A stretch of 64,000 bases of DNA from Saprospiraceae bacterium (GTDB taxonomy: Bacteria > Bacteroidota > Bacteroidia > Chitinophagales > Saprospiraceae), in assembly GCA_031373665.1 (NCBI GenBank), contig JANMMZ010000085.1, forward strand, positions 1,389 to 65,388, read 5' to 3'. The translations under genes and the position numbers were made by a program. The notes under the pieces were generated by a model. It did not search any database and had not been told where the DNA came from. It was given only the letters and a program-made list of their open reading frames with translations. This document shows, piece by piece, positions 34,647-39,923 of this stretch (the stretch's first letter is position 1; the number at the start of each line of letters is the position of its first letter).

Positions 34647-34997
34647 ACATCTAACAATGCACTGTCTAAAATGTCCGACTAAGCGCGTCCACGTAGCCAG
34701 TGCCCCCGTTAGTTAGCACCAACCATAGGGGCAGCCAAGCATAGTTCCAGATAATAATATTGATTTTCACCAGTTTTTAAGAATAGCGGACAGGCTGAGC
34801 GGAGACAGTAAAGCTTGTGCCCGCAGGCCCCCGCTCCAATTTTGGCAGGTAACCCGGCGCGGCATTGAATATAATATTGACTTACAAGTGGTACACTTTT
34901 CGTGATTAGTGGCAAAATGGAAAACTGTACCTCAACTTTTGACAATAACCAAATTATAAATTGTACCTTAGCAGCCTAAAAAATAAAGACATTCAGC

Positions 34998-36659
34998 ATG
35001 AGTGAAGATTATAAAAGGGGGTTGGAATCGCAACTTTGGAACATTGCCAATACGCTACGTGGCAAAATGAATGCAGACGAATTTCGTGACTACATTTTGG
35101 GTTTCATTTTCTATAAATACCTAAGCGAGAAAATGAACATTTTCGCTGACGAAATCTTGAAACAAGACAATATCAAGTTTCAAGAAATAACACCAAAGAC
35201 TACAGACGGGGCAGCATTTATTGAAGCCATAAAAGAAGAAGCCTTGGAAAAATTGGGCTACTTTCTAAGACCTGAAGAACTGTTTACAGAAGTTGCCAAA
35301 CGAGGAAATTTAATTACGAATGACGAATTAGAAGTGACGAATGAAAAAGAAGACTCAAAAAAAGTAATTCGTAATTCTCAATTCGTAATTAATGAAACCA
35401 ATTTCATTTTAGAAGATTTACAAAAAATCCTGATCAATATCCAGTTGAGTACCATGGGTACTGAAAGCGAAGAAGATTATGAGAATCTCTTTGAGGATAT
35501 GGATTTGAATAGTTCAAAATTAGGCAAAACTCCAGAGGCAAGAAATGCAATCATTGCAAAAGTGCTAACGCACCTTGACAAAATTGATTTCATGTTAGTT
35601 GATCAACATGGCCGTGCTCATCAACATGAAAATGATGTTTTGGGCGATGCTTACGAATATTTGATTGGACAATTTGCCAGTGGTGCAGGAAAAAAAGCAG
35701 GTGAATTTTATACACCGCAACAAGTCTCTACAATTTTGGCAAAAATAGTAACCACAGGAAAACAAAAACTAAAATCAGTTTATGACCCTACTTGTGGTTC
35801 GGGTTCTTTGTTGCTTCGTGTGGCAAGGGAGGTAGAAGATGTAAGTAATTTTTACGGACAAGAAATGAACCGTACTACTTACAACCTTGCCCGCATGAAT
35901 ATGATTTTGCACGGGGTGCATTACCGCCAATTTGATATTAAACAGGACGATACACTCGAACACCCACAGCATATTGACCAACAATTTGAAGCCATTGTAG
36001 CCAATCCACCATTTTCGGCTCAATGGAGTGCCAACCCATTGTTTACCAGTGACGACCGTTTTAGCCAATACGGACGACTTGCACCCAGTAGTAAAGCCGA
36101 CTTTGCTTTTGTGCAACACATGATTTACCATTTGGCAGACAATGGCACGATGGCCATTGTTTTGCCGCACGGTGCTTTGTTTAGAGGTGGTGCAGAGCAA
36201 CACATTCGAACGTATTTGATAGAAAACAAAAACTTTTTAGATGCCGTCATTGGCTTGCCAGCCAATATATTTTATGGTACCAGTATTCCAACGTGTATTT
36301 TGGTTTTCAAAAAGTGTAGAGAAAACCCTGATGACATTTTGTTCATAGATGCCAGCCAGCATTTTGAGAAAGTGAAAACCCAAAATGTTTTAAGGCCCAA
36401 AGACATTGATTTAATTATTGACACGTACCGTAAGAGAACGGAATTGCCAAAGTACAGCAAGAAAGCAACATTAGAGGAAATTGCTAAAAACGATTACAAC
36501 CTGAATATACCAAGGTATGTAGATACCTTTGAGGCAGAAGAAAATATAGACATTGAAGCCATCGCCACAGCACTCAAAGCATTGGATGAATCAATGGCGG
36601 ATACTGACAAAACCATTGCACAGTTTTGTAAGGAATTGGGTATTTCAACACCTTTTTAA
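34998..36659 (+). CDS. hsdM: Type I restriction-modification system, DNA methyltransferase subunit M
   Basis: 553 aa. AdoMet motif I VYDPTCGSGSLLL and catalytic motif IV IVANPPFSAQW. N-terminal HsdM_N-like LWNIANTLRGKMNADEFRDYILGFIFYKYLSE. Confidence 0.95.
   Translation: MSEDYKRGLESQLWNIANTLRGKMNADEFRDYILGFIFYKYLSEKMNIFADEILKQDNIKFQEITPKTTDGAAFIEAIKEEALEKLGYFLRPEELFTEVAKRGNLITNDELEVTNEKEDSKKVIRNSQFVINETNFILEDLQKILINIQLSTMGTESEEDYENLFEDMDLNSSKLGKTPEARNAIIAKVLTHLDKIDFMLVDQHGRAHQHENDVLGDAYEYLIGQFASGAGKKAGEFYTPQQVSTILAKIVTTGKQKLKSVYDPTCGSGSLLLRVAREVEDVSNFYGQEMNRTTYNLARMNMILHGVHYRQFDIKQDDTLEHPQHIDQQFEAIVANPPFSAQWSANPLFTSDDRFSQYGRLAPSSKADFAFVQHMIYHLADNGTMAIVLPHGALFRGGAEQHIRTYLIENKNFLDAVIGLPANIFYGTSIPTCILVFKKCRENPDDILFIDASQHFEKVKTQNVLRPKDIDLIIDTYRKRTELPKYSKKATLEEIAKNDYNLNIPRYVDTFEAEENIDIEAIATALKALDESMADTDKTIAQFCKELGISTPF
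35312..35392. mobile_element. 81-nt palindromic AATTACGAAT-family element embedded in frame in hsdM
   Basis: taattacgaat (35312-35322) and attcgtaatta (35382-35392) are exact reverse complements. Internal gacgaat/attcgta repeats are present. 81 nt is 27 codons, translated as ITNDELEVTNEKEDSKKVIRNSQFVIN. Confidence 0.8.
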
Positions 36660-36660
36660 T

Positions 36661-37255
36661 TGTCTGAATCACAGATTTAATGGATTTAATGATTTCACGG
36701 AATATGAACACAGCATTAAAATACAAGGACATAACCGAAAAAATATTAGGTGCTTCGTTTGAAGTGCATAAATTTTTAGGCAACGGCTTTCAAGAAGTCA
36801 TTTATCAGAGAGCATTGGCTTGGGAAATGAAGCAGAAAGGATTAGAATTTGCCAGAGAAATAGAACAAGATATTTTTTATAAGGATTTGCCAGAACCTAT
36901 TGGTACAAGAAGAGCAGATTTTGTAGTAGAGGGAAAAATTTTGGTGGAGTTAAAAGCCGTTATTCAATTAGAAGACGTGCATTTAGCACAAGCTTTGAAC
37001 TACCTCAAAGCCTATAAATTAGAAGTTGGTTTATTAATAAATTTTGGGAGCAAATCGCTCACTTTTAAACGTATTGTACTATGATAAAACAAAATAGTCA
37101 GCATCACGGATTGAAAAATAGTCAGCATCACGGATTAAAAAATAGTCAGAATCACGGATTAAACGGATTAAAGGATGACACTGATTTAAAATCGGAAAAT
37201 AATCAAAAAAAATCCGTGAAATCTGTGCAATCCTTTAAAATCCGTGATTCAGACA
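36661..37255. mobile_element. Composite of a GxxExxY ORF bracketed by TGTCTGAATCAC(G/A)GATT-family repeats
   Basis: The left end tgtctgaatcacagattt begins at 36661, 2 nt after the hsdM stop. The right side has three 24-nt tandem repeats (agtcag(c/a)atcacggatt at 37096, 37120 and 37144). It then carries a full element body ending aatccgtgattcagaca at 37239-37255, the reverse complement of the left end. Confidence 0.7.
36680..37084 (+). CDS. GxxExxY family protein (PD-(D/E)XK nuclease-like fold)
   Basis: Contains the GFQEVIY (G-x-x-E-x-x-Y) motif. Family-typical ILGASFEVHKFLG and ADFVVEGKILVELKAV (D...ExK-like) segments, and C-terminal LINFG. An alternative start is the ATG at 36704 (MNTALKYKD). 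The stop TGA overlaps the hsdS ATG as ATGA at 37081-37084. Confidence 0.85.
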   Translation: MDLMISRNMNTALKYKDITEKILGASFEVHKFLGNGFQEVIYQRALAWEMKQKGLEFAREIEQDIFYKDLPEPIGTRRADFVVEGKILVELKAVIQLEDVHLAQALNYLKAYKLEVGLLINFGSKSLTFKRIVL

Positions 37256-38532
37256 ACATTCCAGTATTGCGTTTTCCTGAGTTTAATGAGGAATGGAAAG
37301 AAAAGAAGTTGGGGGAAGTAGCGACCAATAAGTCAGGTAAATATAATCCTGAAAAAGAACGAGAATCTGTGAAATGTATTGAATTAGAACATTTATCTTC
37401 GGATTCAAGCCAATTACTGGGATATATTGATGGAAAAAATTCAGGAAGTATTAAGAATAAATTTGATAAAGGCGATGTGCTTTTTGGAAAATTAAGACCT
37501 TATCTAAAAAAGTATTTACTAGCACCTTTTGAAGGAGTTTGTTCGTCAGAAATTTGGGTATTGAAAGGGCTGAATATTTCAAATGACTTTTTATTTAGGA
37601 TAGTGCAAACAGATTCATTTATTGATTTAGCAAATCAATCAAGTGGCTCTAAAATGCCAAGAGCAGATTGGAATGTTGTTGAAAATGGAATATTCTCTTT
37701 CCCCACCCTACCCGAACAAACCAAAATCGCCACCTTCCTCACCGCAGTAGATGAAAAAATCCAAGCCCTCAAAAAGAAAAAAGGCCTTTTAGAAGATTAC
37801 AAAAAAGGGGTGATGCAAAAACTCTTCTGTCTGAATCACGGATTAGATGGATTTAAAGATGACACAGATTTTGACAATGAATCCGTGGAATCTGCGCAAT
37901 CCTTAAAAATCCGTGATTCAGACAATGTACGCTTCAGACAAAAAGATGGCAGCAACTTTCCAGATTGGGAAGTGAAGAAGTTGGGGGAGGTGGCAAAAAG
38001 GAAAACATTGAAAAATAAAGAAGGGAATACAAATGTTCTTACAATTTCTGCACAATATGGATTGATAAGCCAATTAGAATTTTTCAATAAATCTGTTTCT
38101 GCGAAAGATGTAACAGGGTATTATTTATTAGAAAATGGAGATTTTGCATACAATAAAAGTTATTCAAATGGTTATCCAATGGGTGCAATTAAGTGTTTAA
38201 ATAGATATGGAAAAGGTGTAGTTTCAACATTGTATATCTGTTTTAAATTTAATGAAGTGATAAATAATTCATTTATGGAGCATTTTTTTGAAACAGGTAT
38301 TCATAATAGTGAAATTGAAAAAGTAGCACAGGAAGGAGCAAGAAATCATGGTTTGTTGAATATTGGATTAGAAGATTTTTTCAATATTGCAATATCAATC
38401 CCCTGCCTCAAAGAACAAACCGCCATCGCCAATTTCCTATCCGCCCTAGACGAAAAAATAAACCATACGCAAACCCAAATAACCCAAACCGAAACGTGGA
38501 AAAAGGGGCTTTTACAAAAAATGTTTTGTTAA
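37081..38532 (+). CDS. hsdS: Type I restriction-modification system, specificity subunit S
   Basis: Two target-recognition domains. Each is preceded by (L)RFPEF..W..KKLGEV or FPDWEVKKLGEV and followed by the conserved helices LPEQTKIATFLTAVDEKIQALKKK and LKEQTAIANFLSALDEKINHTQ. The first ~60 codons and codons ~250-282 are translations of the repeat element. Confidence 0.9.
   Translation: MIKQNSQHHGLKNSQHHGLKNSQNHGLNGLKDDTDLKSENNQKKSVKSVQSFKIRDSDNIPVLRFPEFNEEWKEKKLGEVATNKSGKYNPEKERESVKCIELEHLSSDSSQLLGYIDGKNSGSIKNKFDKGDVLFGKLRPYLKKYLLAPFEGVCSSEIWVLKGLNISNDFLFRIVQTDSFIDLANQSSGSKMPRADWNVVENGIFSFPTLPEQTKIATFLTAVDEKIQALKKKKGLLEDYKKGVMQKLFCLNHGLDGFKDDTDFDNESVESAQSLKIRDSDNVRFRQKDGSNFPDWEVKKLGEVAKRKTLKNKEGNTNVLTISAQYGLISQLEFFNKSVSAKDVTGYYLLENGDFAYNKSYSNGYPMGAIKCLNRYGKGVVSTLYICFKFNEVINNSFMEHFFETGIHNSEIEKVAQEGARNHGLLNIGLEDFFNIAISIPCLKEQTAIANFLSALDEKINHTQTQITQTETWKKGLLQKMFC
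37828..37924. mobile_element. 97-nt solo MITE-like copy of the TGTCTGAATCACGGATT-family element, in frame inside hsdS
   Basis: tgtctgaatcacggatt (37828-37844) and aatccgtgattcagaca (37908-37924) are exact reverse complements. The body aligns with 37144-37255. It is translated as CLNHGLDGFKDDTDFDNESVESAQSLKIRDSDN, at the junction between the central conserved helix and TRD2. Confidence 0.85.
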
Positions 38533-38544
38533 AATTAATTACAA

Positions 38545-39336
38545 ATGAAGAATTACAAATTACAAATAATACCCACTGATTTGCTCCCTGTTTATTTGGA
38601 GCAAGTGCCTAAGGGTTTGCAGAAAGCATTTGATGCCTTGAAGGACGCAGAGATTTCTACTGATACTTTTAGTTTTTACACTTCGGTATCAGCTATGGCA
38701 TCGAGCAAAATTGAGGGCGAACAAATGGAAATTGACAGCTACATCAAACACAAAATGTTGAATATTGAGTATCTGGAAGACTTGGTTGAAAAACCAAACG
38801 ATTTGTATAATGCTTATCTGTTTGCCCAAAAAAATGAACTCACCGAAAAAAATTTTTTAGAAACCCATAAATTATTGTCAGCACATCTTTTAGCCCCCAA
38901 TAAAAGAGGCGTTTGCAGAACAGGCAATATGGTGGTAATGGAGCATAAAACATTCCGCATACAATATGAAGCTGCCTTGGGGAGCGAAGTAAAACCCTTG
39001 TTTGCCAGACTTTGGAAAGATATTGAGCAACTAAAAAAAGAAAGATTAAGCATAGAAGAAACATTCTTTTTTGCATCATTCATTCATATTGTTTTTGTAA
39101 ATATTCACCCTTTTGAAGATGGAAACGGAAGAGCAGGAAGATTATTAGAAAAATGGTTTTTGGCTCAAATGCTGGGCGAAAAAGTTTGGTATATACAAAG
39201 TGAATTGAATTATTATAAAAACGTAAACAACTATTACAAAAATCTGAACAGGCTCGGAATTTTTTACGAAAAATTGGATTACAACCAAGCTATTCCATTT
39301 CTATTAATGCTACCAAGTTCAATTACGAATATTTAA
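38545..39336 (+). CDS. Fic family protein (AMPylase-type fold)
   Basis: Fic motif HPFEDGNGRAGR, matching HxFx(D/E)GNGRxxR. An upstream SSKIEG matches the [S/T]xxxE[G/N] inhibitory-helix motif. The last codons (SSITNI*) are encoded by the first AATTACGAAT repeat. Confidence 0.9.
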   Translation: MKNYKLQIIPTDLLPVYLEQVPKGLQKAFDALKDAEISTDTFSFYTSVSAMASSKIEGEQMEIDSYIKHKMLNIEYLEDLVEKPNDLYNAYLFAQKNELTEKNFLETHKLLSAHLLAPNKRGVCRTGNMVVMEHKTFRIQYEAALGSEVKPLFARLWKDIEQLKKERLSIEETFFFASFIHIVFVNIHPFEDGNGRAGRLLEKWFLAQMLGEKVWYIQSELNYYKNVNNYYKNLNRLGIFYEKLDYNQAIPFLLMLPSSITNI

Positions 39337-39372
39337 TTACGAATGTTTAATTACGAATATTTAATTACGAAT
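39321..39372. repeat. Four AATTACGAAT repeats with a 14-nt period, upstream of the four-helix-bundle ORF
   Basis: aattacgaat occurs at 39321, 39335, 39349 and 39363. Confidence 0.9.
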
Positions 39373-39379
39373 CACAAAA

Positions 39380-39805
39380 ATGAAAACTGACAATATTATA
39401 CAACAAAAAAATTATGCTTTTGCAGTGAGAATTGTAAAAGTGTATCAATATTTATGTGACGAGAAAAAAGAGTTTACTTTAAGCAAACAGCTTTTAAGAT
39501 GCGGCACATCGGTTGGTGCAAATGTTGAAGAAGCCATTGGTGGGCAAAGTGAAAAGGATTTTTTTGCCAAACTAACCATTTCATACAAAGAAGCAAGGGA
39601 AACACATTATTGGATACGGTTATTGACAGACACTGGTTATTTAACAAAAGAGCAAAGCGAAAGTCTGTTGAATGACATAACAGAAATTCAAAAAATAATT
39701 GGAAGTATTCAACGCACAATCAAATCTCGTAATTCAAAATTAATTACGAATGACGAATTCAAAATTACGAATGACGAATTTAAAATTACGAATGAAAAAT
39801 CATAA
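39380..39805 (+). CDS. Four-helix-bundle protein (family formerly called 23S rRNA intervening-sequence protein)
   Basis: Family-typical AFAVRIVKVYQYL..., LSKQLLRCGTSVGANVEEAIGGQSEKDFFAKLTISYKEARETHYWIRLL. The C-terminal LITNDEFKITNDEFKITNEKS is encoded by AATTACGAATGACGAATT repeats. Confidence 0.85.
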   Translation: MKTDNIIQQKNYAFAVRIVKVYQYLCDEKKEFTLSKQLLRCGTSVGANVEEAIGGQSEKDFFAKLTISYKEARETHYWIRLLTDTGYLTKEQSESLLNDITEIQKIIGSIQRTIKSRNSKLITNDEFKITNDEFKITNEKS

Positions 39806-39923
39806 TAAAAATATAAAAACTATAACTCAATTAAAATACAAAATCGTAATTCGTAATTCACAATTCGTAATTAAAAATTCGTAATTCGTAATTAAAAATT
39901 CGTAATTAAAAATTCGTAATTAA
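39727..39923. mobile_element. Palindromic AATTACGAAT / ATTCGTAATT repeat block between the four-helix-bundle ORF and hsdR
   Basis: aattacga at 39743, 39763 and 39784 forms the left arm, with a ~20-nt period. Seven tcgtaatt copies lie between 39844 and 39921 and form the right arm, in inverse orientation. The last repeat abuts the hsdR ATG at 39924. Confidence 0.8.

Noticed and set aside
34709-34945. The 78-aa minus-strand ORF, and the similar 90-aa ORF at 42816..43088. I considered them as two halves of a gene split by insertion of the R-M operon.
   Set aside because: The translations are Cys/Trp-rich and unprotein-like. They do not join into a coherent sequence, and no target-site duplication was found at the operon borders.
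37081-38532. I asked whether hsdS could be phase-variable by inversion between its internal inverted repeats.
   Set aside because: The inverted repeats are the termini of a single compact 97-nt element, not of alternative TRD cassettes. There is no second hsdS copy and no recombinase gene in the window.
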